Shown here: positions 16,182-24,934 of the stretch, piece by piece | Layout of the letters: every line of letters starts with the position of its first letter | Position numbering within the stretch: position 1 is the stretch's first letter | NCBI GenBank assembly: GCA_965208755.1 | Contig: OZ242353.1 | Location: 1,427,772-1,491,771 of the forward strand | Direction: 5' to 3' | From: Candidatus Multivorans sp. | Lineage (GTDB): Bacteria; Acidobacteriota; Thermoanaerobaculia; Multivoradales; Multivoraceae | Length of the DNA stretch: 64,000 nt | Notes under the pieces: generated by a model | What the model was told of the DNA's origin: nothing | Seen by the model: the letters and a program-made list of their open reading frames with translations, nothing else | The model's database searches: none | Program-made: the position numbers and the translations under genes

Positions 16182-19100
16182 TTGCGTCACAGAACGTCCC
16201 TCGCCCTCCTGCTCTGCACCGCCGCCGCGGCCGCCCAACCCGCGGCGGAGCCGCCGCCGGAGCTTCTCGACGCGTTCGCGTTCCGCCACATCGGACCGAT
16301 CGGCAACCGGGTTTCCGCGGTCGCCGGCGTCCCCGGCGATCCAGGGATCTATTACGCCGGCGCCGCTTCGGGCGGGCTCTGGCGCAGCACCGACGGCGGC
16401 GTCGGCTGGCAGCCCATCTTCGACCAGCAGGAGGCGGCCTCGATCGGCTCGATCGCGGTCGCCCCCTCTGACCCGAACGTGGTCTGGGTCGGCACCGGCG
16501 AGAGCTTCATCCGCAGCAACATCTCGATCGGCAACGGCGTCTACCGCTCCACCGACCGCGGCGACAGCTTCGAACACCTGGGACTCGAAGCCAGCGGCCG
16601 GATCGGCCGCATCCTGGTCCACCCGGAAGATCCGGACACGGCCCTCGTCGCCGCGCTCGGCCACGCCTACGGGCCGCAGGAGCAGGACGAAGCAGCCCGG
16701 GGCGTCTTCCGCACGTCCGACGGCGGCGCGACCTGGGAGCACGTCCTGTTCGTCGACGCGGACGCCGGCGTCGTCGACCTCGCCTTCGCGCCCGACAACC
16801 CGCGCTTCGTCTACGCCGCGGCCTGGCAGATCGAGATCCGCACGTCCGGCCGCACCAGCGGCGGCCCAGGCAGCGGCCTCTACCGCTCGAGGGACGGCGG
16901 CGACACCTGGCTGCGTCTCGAAGGCGCGGGCCTGCCCGAGCCGCCGCTCGGCAAGATCGGACTCGCCGTGTCGGCCGACGATCCGGACCGCGTCTACGCC
17001 CTGATCGAGACGAGTTCGAACCGCGACTTCGCTCCCTCCGATCCCTTCGCCGGCGTCCTCTGGCGCTCGGACGACCGCGGCGACTCGTGGCGGTTGATCA
17101 GCCGCGACCTCAACCTGATCACCCGGCCGCTCTACTACACGCGCATGGCGGCCGCGCCCGACCGGGCGGACGAGATCAGCTTCGCCGCCACCCGGCAGTC
17201 GGTCTCTCTAGACGGCGGCCGCACGGTCGAGAGCGAGGGCTACGAGCAGCCGGGCTGGGACCACCACGACATCTGGATCGACCCCCTCGACGCCGACCGG
17301 CGGATCGTCGGCCACGACGGCGGCGTCAGCATCACGACCGACCGGGAGCGCTCCTGGCACCGGCCCCAGTTGCCGATCGCGCAGATGTACCACGTATCGA
17401 CCGACGACCGGGTGCCGTACTACGTCTATGGCAACCGCCAGGACGGGCCGTCGATGCGCGGGCCGAGCCGCGTCCTCTACGGAGGACGCACCCAGGGCAT
17501 CCCGGTCGGCGAGTGGCACTCCGTCGGCGGCTGCGAGGTCGGTTTCTCGATGGTCCACCGCGCCGACCCGGACCTGGTCTGGACCGGCTGCTACGACGGT
17601 CAGCTCGAGCTCTACGACCTTCGCTCGGGCCAGTCCCGCGACGTCAGCGTCTGGCCGCTGGCGATCGAGAGTTCGCCGGCCTCGGCACTCGAGTACCGAT
17701 TCCAGTGGACCGCCCCCTTCGCCACCTCGCCGCACGATCCGGAGGCCGTCTACGCCGGCAGCCAGTACGTTCACAGGAGCCGCGACCGCGGCCAGAGCTG
17801 GGAGCGGATCTCGCCCGATCTCACCACCGCCGACCCGACGTTGATGCGGCGCACCGGCGGCCTGACCCTCGACGACGCCGGACCGACGATCGCGCCGGTC
17901 GTGTTCGCGATCGCCGAGAGCCCGCTCGAGCCCGGGCTGATCTGGGCCGGCACGAACGACGGCCAGGTCCAGTTGACCCGGGACGGCGGCGAGACCTGGA
18001 CCAACGTGACCGCGAACCTCCCCGGCCTGCCGCCTCTCGGCACCGTGAGGAACATCGACCCGTCGGACGTCGACGCCGGCGCGGCCTACGTGGCGATCGA
18101 CCGTCACCAGGAGGGCGACACGACCCCCTACGCGTTCCGGACGAACGACTACGGCGAAACCTGGGCCGGTCTCGCGGCCGGCCTGCCGCGCGGACCGCTC
18201 GCGAACGTCCACGCGATCCGTGAGGATCCGGAGCAGGCCGGGCTCCTGTTCCTGGGCACCGAGAACGCGCTCCACGTCTCCTTCGATGATGGCGCAAACT
18301 GGCGAAGCCTGTCCCGGCGCAGCGACGGCGCCGCGAACCTGCCGCCGGCGCCCGTCCACTGGATCGAGGTCCAGGAGCACTTCGACGACCTGGTGATCGC
18401 CACCTACGGCCGCGGCATCTGGGTCCTCGACGACCTGACGCCGCTGCGCGAGATCGCGCGCGGTCTGACGAGCCGCGGTCCGGCGCTGCTGGCGCCACGG
18501 ATCACCTATCGTTTCCGCACCCGCGGCGCGCCGATGGCCCAACCCGACGTGCCGGCGACCGGGACGAACCCGCCCTACGGCGCGCTGCTCCACTACTGGA
18601 TCCCGGGATCGACCGCCGGCGACGGCGCGGCCGCGATCCGCATCCGCGACGCCGAAGGCGACCTGGTCCGCACCCTGGACGACCTGCCCGCGACGGCGGG
18701 TCTCCATCGCGTGACCTGGGACCTGCGCCACGACGCAACGGCCGAGGTCCGGCTGCGCTCGAAGCCGGACGAGCGACCCGACTGGGAGATGCCCGAGCGG
18801 GGCTGGCGCCCGCTGCCCGACGGCGGCCGCTTCTCGATGCTGGCCGCTCCGGGCGGCTACCTGCTCGAGCTGGTGCTCCCAACCGGCGACGACGAGACGC
18901 AGGAGACCCAGCCGGTGTCAACGGTCGAGATGGACCTCCTGCTCGACCCGGACTCCACCGCGTTGGCCGGCGACCTGGCCGCGCAGCAAGCCCTGCTCGT
19001 CCAGATCCGCGACGGCATCGAACGCGCCGCCTACCTCATCAACGAGGTCGAGCGCCTCCGCCGCGACCTGCGGCAGATCGAGGATCGCCTGTCGGAGAGC

Positions 19101-19439
19101 GGGGGCGATATCGACGTCTTCAGAGCCACCAACCAGGCCGGCACGCTGCGCGAGGAGCTTCGCGCAATCGAGGGGGAGTTCTTCGACCTCCGCCTGACCG
19201 GTACCGGCCAGGACTCCCTGCGCTGGCCGCGCCGTCTCTACGCCCGACTCACCTACCTGGCGCGCTCGGTCGGTCAGGCCGACGCGCGGCCGACGGATCA
19301 GCAGGCCGCGGTCTTGCGGATGCTCAGCGACGAACTCGCCGCGCAGGAAGACCGTTTCGACGCTACTCTTGCCGGCCCGCTGGCGGACCTGAACCGGACG
19401 CTCGCCGACAGCGGTTTCCTGCTGGTGGACCCTCGTTGA
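16182..19439 (+). CDS. Secreted BNR/Asp-box repeat protein (sortilin/VPS10-like beta-propeller)
   Basis: Repeated 'S.D.G.TW' motifs ('RSTDGGVGWQP', 'RSTDRGDSF', 'RTSDGGATWEH', 'RSRDGGDTW', 'RSDDRGDSWR', 'TRDGGETWT'); signal peptide. Confidence 0.6.
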   Translation: MRHRTSLALLLCTAAAAAQPAAEPPPELLDAFAFRHIGPIGNRVSAVAGVPGDPGIYYAGAASGGLWRSTDGGVGWQPIFDQQEAASIGSIAVAPSDPNVVWVGTGESFIRSNISIGNGVYRSTDRGDSFEHLGLEASGRIGRILVHPEDPDTALVAALGHAYGPQEQDEAARGVFRTSDGGATWEHVLFVDADAGVVDLAFAPDNPRFVYAAAWQIEIRTSGRTSGGPGSGLYRSRDGGDTWLRLEGAGLPEPPLGKIGLAVSADDPDRVYALIETSSNRDFAPSDPFAGVLWRSDDRGDSWRLISRDLNLITRPLYYTRMAAAPDRADEISFAATRQSVSLDGGRTVESEGYEQPGWDHHDIWIDPLDADRRIVGHDGGVSITTDRERSWHRPQLPIAQMYHVSTDDRVPYYVYGNRQDGPSMRGPSRVLYGGRTQGIPVGEWHSVGGCEVGFSMVHRADPDLVWTGCYDGQLELYDLRSGQSRDVSVWPLAIESSPASALEYRFQWTAPFATSPHDPEAVYAGSQYVHRSRDRGQSWERISPDLTTADPTLMRRTGGLTLDDAGPTIAPVVFAIAESPLEPGLIWAGTNDGQVQLTRDGGETWTNVTANLPGLPPLGTVRNIDPSDVDAGAAYVAIDRHQEGDTTPYAFRTNDYGETWAGLAAGLPRGPLANVHAIREDPEQAGLLFLGTENALHVSFDDGANWRSLSRRSDGAANLPPAPVHWIEVQEHFDDLVIATYGRGIWVLDDLTPLREIARGLTSRGPALLAPRITYRFRTRGAPMAQPDVPATGTNPPYGALLHYWIPGSTAGDGAAAIRIRDAEGDLVRTLDDLPATAGLHRVTWDLRHDATAEVRLRSKPDERPDWEMPERGWRPLPDGGRFSMLAAPGGYLLELVLPTGDDETQETQPVSTVEMDLLLDPDSTALAGDLAAQQALLVQIRDGIERAAYLINEVERLRRDLRQIEDRLSESGGDIDVFRATNQAGTLREELRAIEGEFFDLRLTGTGQDSLRWPRRLYARLTYLARSVGQADARPTDQQAAVLRMLSDELAAQEDRFDATLAGPLADLNRTLADSGFLLVDPR

Positions 19440-20377
19440 CCCTGACCGCATCCCAACCGCCGCCCCGCTTCGAGCCGGCGACCCACCGGCAGCGACGCAT
19501 CGAAGCCAGCGGCACCGAGCTCGAGATCTACGAATGGGGCCGAGCCTCTGGCCCCGCGATCCTGCTGGCGCACGGCATCCAGGACTTCGCGCTGACGCTC
19601 GCGCCGGTCGCCGAGGCGCTCGCCGCCGAGCACCGGGTCATCGCCTACGACCTGCGCGGCCACGGCGAGAGCGCGCATCCCGGCATCTACACGATGGCCC
19701 ACCACATCGCCGACCTCCACGCCGTGTTCCTCGACTGCGAAGTCGAGCGGCCGATCGTCATCGGCCACAGCCTCGGAGGCCAGGTCGTGGCCCAATGGGC
19801 GGGCATCTTCTCCGAGCTGCCACGGGCCATCGTGCTGATCGAGGGTCTCGGTCCGCCTTACGCCCTGAACCGCTTCCCCGAAGAGGTCAAGCAGAAGCGA
19901 GCCAGGATGGGGGTCGAGTCGCTGACCCACCCGCGCAAGCACCGGATGGTTTCCTCCAAGGACCACGCCTGGGACCTGCTGAAGCGTGTCCATCCCCGCC
20001 TCGACCCGGACCGTGCCCGAGAGTTCGTCGACCTGGGCACTCGCCCCCTCGCCTCAGGCGGCCTGGAGTGGAAGTGGGATCCCCAGGTGGTGACGACGTG
20101 GATGTCGAACGTGCCGGAGGCCTCCGAGGAACGCTGGAGCTGGGTCACCTGCCCCACCCTCATCCTCACCGCGGCCCTCGCCAACGAGTTCTGGAGCAGC
20201 CGCCGCGGCATCGACGAACAGCACGCCACGCCTGAACCCGAAGAGATCGCCCGCCGCGTCGCCCTCTTTCGCCGCGGCCGGCACGAAGAGATCGAAGGCG
20301 CCGGCCACATGGTCCACTACGACGCCCCGGGCCGGCTCGTGGCCACTATCCGCCGGTTCCTGGATCGGCTGCCGTAG
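19436..20377 (+). CDS. Alpha/beta hydrolase fold protein
   Basis: 'ILLAHGIQDFALTLAP', 'VIGHSLGGQVV' (GxSxG nucleophile elbow). Confidence 0.6.
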   Translation: MTLTASQPPPRFEPATHRQRRIEASGTELEIYEWGRASGPAILLAHGIQDFALTLAPVAEALAAEHRVIAYDLRGHGESAHPGIYTMAHHIADLHAVFLDCEVERPIVIGHSLGGQVVAQWAGIFSELPRAIVLIEGLGPPYALNRFPEEVKQKRARMGVESLTHPRKHRMVSSKDHAWDLLKRVHPRLDPDRAREFVDLGTRPLASGGLEWKWDPQVVTTWMSNVPEASEERWSWVTCPTLILTAALANEFWSSRRGIDEQHATPEPEEIARRVALFRRGRHEEIEGAGHMVHYDAPGRLVATIRRFLDRLP

Positions 20378-20383
20378 CGCCGT

Positions 20384-20935
20384 CTATCGGTCGTTTCGCT
20401 CCAGCGGATAGCTTGCCTCGATCGTGTAACGCGCCCCCGACGGGTGCAGGATGCTCGAGTACAGGTGAAACGACTCGACTTCGCAGACCGGGCTCCGGAA
20501 CAGGGAGTGGACGGACAGATACCTCTCCAGGTCAACGCGCGGCGGCGGGCGGCGGAATCGAACCAGACTGACGTGGGGATTGAATCGCCGGCGCTTCGGG
20601 GCCACGCCGGCTCGCCGGACAGCCCGCGTGACGGCCGCGGCAAGGGCTGCTAGCTCGGCCTTCGGCGCCGCGCCCGTCCACAGCACTCGCGGGTCGCCGC
20701 GCCCCGGAAAGCAACCGAGGCCGTGTAGTTCAATACGGATCGGCTCGGCCTCGACTTCGGCCAGAGCATCTTCGACCCGCTCCACCGCCGAACCGTCGAC
20801 CTCGCCGATGAACGCCAGCGTGAGATGCAGACCGGCGTCGTCCAGCCAGCGGGCGTTGCGAAGGCCGAACTGCAGGCTTCGGACACCCGCCTTCAACTCC
20901 GGAGGCAGGTCGAGGGCAACGAACAGGCGGGGCAA
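20384..20935 (-). CDS. thpR: RNA 2',3'-cyclic phosphodiesterase (2H phosphoesterase, LigT/ThpR)
   Basis: Two H-x-T/S-x motifs 'HLTLAF' and 'HVSLVR'; 183 aa. Confidence 0.75.
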   Translation of the reverse strand: MPRLFVALDLPPELKAGVRSLQFGLRNARWLDDAGLHLTLAFIGEVDGSAVERVEDALAEVEAEPIRIELHGLGCFPGRGDPRVLWTGAAPKAELAALAAAVTRAVRRAGVAPKRRRFNPHVSLVRFRRPPPRVDLERYLSVHSLFRSPVCEVESFHLYSSILHPSGARYTIEASYPLERNDR

Positions 20936-21002
20936 CTCGCGTCTACTCCTCGCAGCCCGTGGTTGCGCGGCCGCGCACCGAAGCGATCGCGGGGTAAGCC
21001 TG

Positions 21003-21105
21003 GGAGCTTGCGCCGCAGAACGCTACGGCGTGAGTTCCGAGGCGCAAGCTCCCAGGGAGGTGGGGGCTGGGGCCAAACATGGAGCCTGCGACAGGTTTGG
21101 CGGCG
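21003..21105. repeat. Dispersed intergenic double-hairpin element, copy A (about 105 bp)
   Basis: 'ggagcttgcgc..(28-29 nt)..gcgcaagctcc' (11-bp stem), then 'aggtgggggctggggccaaacatggagcctgcgacaggtttggcggc' (second palindrome gccaaac/gtttggc). The 3' 55 nt are identical to copy B. Confidence 0.7.
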
Positions 21106-22167
21106 CTAGGGCGCCAGCAGGTTGGTGAGCAGGTCAGCCAGGCGATAGCCGGCGAGAGCGGCGCGCTGGAGGGAGATGTCGTAGGCGCGGTCGGCGTAGG
21201 CGGTGGGCGGTGCTTCGCCGCGCTTCAGATCAGGCGGATACAGGCCGCCTCGCACGATCTGGTTGGACTCTGTCGCCCACGCTTCAAAGTCGCCGGACTT
21301 GAGGTTGGCCCGGATCGTGTCGTCCAGGGGATGGCGGGCGCGAGCCTCGGCCGCGACCCGGTTCTTGTGGGCCTCGTACTCTCGGTCGCGGGCCTCTCCG
21401 AAGAATCTCCAGAACCGGTCGGGCAGCGGTGACCTGTCGGACGGGGCGTCGAGTCGAGCCAATGCCCCATCCCTGTACTGAGCCCTGAACCGGCCGTCGA
21501 GGGCGCCGTCCCAGAAGGCGTGGAGGTTGCGGTTCCACTCGTCGAGACCGAAACCGTTGCCGCCGCGGTCGCCTTCCCGTTCGTCGCGCCGCTCCGTGAC
21601 CCGGGACGCGGCGTGAAGCGGCTGGTGGACGTCGCCGACCAAGTGGAAGATCCAGGCAAGGTGAACGGCGCGCTTGCCCGGCCGGCCGGACGCATCGGCG
21701 ACGGACCGCGCCAGTTCGACCAACTGACTCACGGCATTCGGCACGGGCACCGGCAGATCCGTGTCGTGGGCCGATCCGTCGGCCCCCTGACGCCAGGTCC
21801 AGCCGATGTAGTGCCAGGTCGGCCGGTCGTACTTGTCGAGCTGGCGCGCCAGGTCGGGCCAGTAGGCGGCCCGCTCGAACAGGATGCGGTCGCCGTCTTC
21901 GCTGCTCTCGGCATCCCCCAGGCGATACGCGAACCGGCCGCAGCCGCGGCGACGGTCCTGGTTGAGATCGAGGCAGTGCATCAGGCTGTCCCTGGGCGCC
22001 TGCCGGAACAGGGCCAGGACCCGGCTCCGGACCTCCGGCTCCAGTTCCTGCCAGGCGATCCGGGCCACGACCTCGTGGCCGAAATCGTTCCAGGCATGGC
22101 TGGGGGCAGCCAGGGGCAGGAGAAGCAGGGCGACGGAGGCGATCGGATTCCATCGTCGTGTTGGCAT
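21106..22167 (-). CDS. S1/P1 nuclease family protein (zinc-dependent 3'-nucleotidase/nuclease), secreted
   Basis: 'SHAWNDFGHEVVARIA' (N-terminal Trp-His zinc ligands of P1 nuclease), 'HYIG', 'HLVGDVHQPLHA'. Signal peptide begins at the MPTRRW start (22167). Confidence 0.75.
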   Translation of the reverse strand: MPTRRWNPIASVALLLLPLAAPSHAWNDFGHEVVARIAWQELEPEVRSRVLALFRQAPRDSLMHCLDLNQDRRRGCGRFAYRLGDAESSEDGDRILFERAAYWPDLARQLDKYDRPTWHYIGWTWRQGADGSAHDTDLPVPVPNAVSQLVELARSVADASGRPGKRAVHLAWIFHLVGDVHQPLHAASRVTERRDEREGDRGGNGFGLDEWNRNLHAFWDGALDGRFRAQYRDGALARLDAPSDRSPLPDRFWRFFGEARDREYEAHKNRVAAEARARHPLDDTIRANLKSGDFEAWATESNQIVRGGLYPPDLKRGEAPPTAYADRAYDISLQRAALAGYRLADLLTNLLAP

Positions 22168-22347
22168 GGGTGAAGTGTAGCGACGGATACGTTTCGCGCT
22201 CCCGGCTTCGCCGGATCGCGCTTGATGCCGGCCGGAAGGCCGGCGCACCGGCGTCCAGCCCGCGTGGAGCCGGGGGGGTCAACACCGACGCCGCTACGCC
22301 AGCCGGCGTTGATAGAGTCCGCGGCCGTCTCGGAAGTCAGGCGACAC

Positions 22348-23880
22348 GTGTCCCACGTTCAGAACTTCACGCTCTACGACGTTCTCGTCCGCAACGCGAC
22401 GGCGTTCGGCGATCGGCTCGCACTCGTCACGGAGGATGGCGAGGAACGGAGCTTCGCGGAGCTCCGCGAACGCGTCGACGCGCTGGCCGCGGGGCTGGAC
22501 GGCCTGGGGCTCGAGGTCTCCGACCGGCTCGCGGTGCTGGCCCAGAACTCGGCGGCCTACGTGGAGCTCTACCTCGCCTGCGCCCGCCAGGGCATCATCG
22601 TCTACCCGATCAACTGGCGGCTGCAGCCCGGCGAGATCGAGATGCTCGTCCGCGAGCGGGCGAAGCCCCGGGCGTTCGTCACAGGCAGCGACTTCCTCGA
22701 CGCCGTACCTGGCGGCCCCGGCGACGACGCGATCCCCCACTGGTTCCAGTTCGGCGACGATCCAGCCGAAGGCTACGCCTCGCTGGACTCGCTCTACGCC
22801 GGCGCGGCGAACGACCTGCCGCGGCCGGACGTCTCCGCTGGCGAGCCGTTCGCCGTCATCGCGACCGCCGCCGTCGACGTGATCCCGCGCGGCGCCCTGC
22901 TCAGCCACTCGAACCTGGTCTGGGCCAACCTGCAGGAGATCGCGTCGCTCGGCCTCGACGGCTCGGACCGCAATCTGGTCGCGCTGCCGCTCTTCCACAT
23001 CGCGGCGCTCGGCCACCTGCTGAGCGTCTTCCACGCGGGCGGCGCCAACGTGATCACCGCGAAGTACGACCCGGTCCAGGCGGTCGATCTGATCGATCGC
23101 TACGCGATCACGATGATCAGCGACTTCCCGCCGGTGCTCACCACCCTGCTGGACGCGGCAGCCGAGGCGGGCAGCCGCCTCGCCAGCCTCCGCCATGTCA
23201 CCGGCCTCGACTCACCCGACACGATGCAGCGGCTGCATGACGAAACGGACGCCACCTTCTGGGCCGGCTTCGGGCAGTGCGAGACGAGCGGTTTCGTGAC
23301 GATCCAGAACGCCCGCGAGCGTCTCGGCTGCGCCGGCAAGGCGGCCGAACTGTGCAGCGTCCGCCTGGTCGACGACGACGACCGCGAAGTGCCTGCCGGC
23401 GAGGACGGCGAGATCGTCGTGCGCGGACCCCTGGTCTTCCTGGGCTACGACGGGCAGCCCGACGTCACGGCCCACACCTTCCGCGGCGGCTGGCACCACA
23501 CCGGGGACATCGGCCGCTTCGACGAGGAAGGCAACCTGTTCTACGTCGCCCGCAAGCCGGAGAAGGAACTCATCAAGCCCGGCGGCGAGAACGTCTACCC
23601 CGCCGAGGTGGAGGCCGCGATCCTGGAGATCGACGCCGTGCACGCCGCCTGCGTCTTCGGCGTCAGCGACGACCGCTGGGGCGAGGCGATCCGCGCCGTC
23701 CTCGAAGTTGCTCCAGGAGCCGCCTCCGCCGGTCTCGACCAGGAATCGGTCCGCGAGCACGTCGGCTCCCGGATCGCCCGCTTCAAGCGGCCTCGCGACG
23801 TCATCTTCACCAGCGAGTTGCCGCGGAGCGGCGACCACGTCGACCGCGCGGCGGTCAAGGACCGCTGGGGAGATCAGTAG
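22348..23880 (+). CDS. AMP-dependent synthetase/ligase (acyl-CoA synthetase family)
   Basis: 'YVARKPEKELIKPGGENVYPAEVE' (A8/A10 region) and adenylation-domain architecture. GTG start at 22348. Confidence 0.7.
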   Translation: MSHVQNFTLYDVLVRNATAFGDRLALVTEDGEERSFAELRERVDALAAGLDGLGLEVSDRLAVLAQNSAAYVELYLACARQGIIVYPINWRLQPGEIEMLVRERAKPRAFVTGSDFLDAVPGGPGDDAIPHWFQFGDDPAEGYASLDSLYAGAANDLPRPDVSAGEPFAVIATAAVDVIPRGALLSHSNLVWANLQEIASLGLDGSDRNLVALPLFHIAALGHLLSVFHAGGANVITAKYDPVQAVDLIDRYAITMISDFPPVLTTLLDAAAEAGSRLASLRHVTGLDSPDTMQRLHDETDATFWAGFGQCETSGFVTIQNARERLGCAGKAAELCSVRLVDDDDREVPAGEDGEIVVRGPLVFLGYDGQPDVTAHTFRGGWHHTGDIGRFDEEGNLFYVARKPEKELIKPGGENVYPAEVEAAILEIDAVHAACVFGVSDDRWGEAIRAVLEVAPGAASAGLDQESVREHVGSRIARFKRPRDVIFTSELPRSGDHVDRAAVKDRWGDQ

Positions 23881-23886
23881 ACCGCC

Positions 23887-24921
23887 GTGGCGGGGCCGCC
23901 GCGGGACACTGACCCGGAACTGGTCGGGATCGAGAACGCGATCCTCGACCTGCTGGTCCGCGTAGAGGACCGGCACCTCGACGAGATGGGCCTCGACAAG
24001 GGGATCATGAAGCTCGTCACCGCGGAGGAGCAGGAGGCGATCCTCGATCACGTGCTGAACCGCGACGGCGAGATCCTGCAACCCGAGATCGAGGCCGGCG
24101 GCTCCTGCGCCAACGTGCTGCGCGCCGCGTCCCTGCTGGGTGTCGACGCGAGCTACAGCTCGGCGGTCGCCGCCGACGACACCGGCCGCCTGTTCGAACG
24201 CGGGCTGAACGCCAGCCGGGTCCGCAACCGGCTGGCGAAGATCGACGGCGTCACCGGTACCTCGGTCGTCCTGGTGACGCCCGACGGCGAGCGGACGATG
24301 AACACGCACCTGGGCGTCTGCCGCCAGTACCGCCCGGAGCACGTGCCCGAGGACGACATCCGAAGGTCCCGCATCTTCTTCACCACGGGCTACATCTGGG
24401 ACACCCCGAACCAGATCGACGCGATCGAACACGCCATCGAGGTCGCCCGTGCTGCCGGGGCCAAACTGGCCATCGACGTCGCCGATCCGTTCGCGGTCCG
24501 CCGCTCGCGCGACCACCTCATGCGGCACAAGGAGCACGGATTCGACATCCTGTTCGCCAACGCCGAGGAGGCGCGGATGATGACCGGTCTCGGGCCGGAA
24601 GCCGCGGCCCGCGAGCTGGCGAAGACGATCGAAGTGGTCGCGGTCAAGGACGGCGTACGGGGCGCCTGGGTGCGCCGCGGCGACGAAGGCCACCGCGTTC
24701 CAGCGCACCAGGTCGACGTCGTCGACACGACCGGCGCCGGCGACTGCTTCGCCGCCGGCTTCCTCTACGGCCTGCTGCGGGGTCTGCCGATCCGCACCTG
24801 TTGCGAGATCGGCATCGCCATGGCGGCGGATACGATCACGCACCTGGGCGTCAAGCTGTCGCCCGACATCCGGGAACGGCTGGCGGCGATCGAAGAGCGG
24901 CAGGCCGCGGCGGTCCAATGA
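23887..24921 (+). CDS. PfkB-family carbohydrate/nucleoside kinase (ribokinase/adenosine kinase-like)
   Basis: 'DTTGAGDCFAAGFLYGL' anion-hole motif of the ribokinase family. Confidence 0.7.
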   Translation: MAGPPRDTDPELVGIENAILDLLVRVEDRHLDEMGLDKGIMKLVTAEEQEAILDHVLNRDGEILQPEIEAGGSCANVLRAASLLGVDASYSSAVAADDTGRLFERGLNASRVRNRLAKIDGVTGTSVVLVTPDGERTMNTHLGVCRQYRPEHVPEDDIRRSRIFFTTGYIWDTPNQIDAIEHAIEVARAAGAKLAIDVADPFAVRRSRDHLMRHKEHGFDILFANAEEARMMTGLGPEAAARELAKTIEVVAVKDGVRGAWVRRGDEGHRVPAHQVDVVDTTGAGDCFAAGFLYGLLRGLPIRTCCEIGIAMAADTITHLGVKLSPDIRERLAAIEERQAAAVQ

Positions 24922-24934
24922 CAGGAGAGAGACC

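Noticed and set aside
15247-17004. 585-aa ORF in an alternate frame across the dehydrogenase and BNR-protein genes
   Set aside because: Out of frame with two motif-supported genes; Arg/Pro-rich junk translation.
17208-18731. 507-aa minus-strand ORF, with further long alternative frames at 17087..18223, 17821..18498 and 18502..18921
   Set aside because: All lie inside the BNR/sortilin-like gene on the wrong strand or frame; GC-driven.
22294-23196. 300-aa minus-strand ORF and the 22158..23240 plus-strand alternate frame
   Set aside because: Overlap the acyl-CoA synthetase gene, which has clear adenylation-domain motifs.
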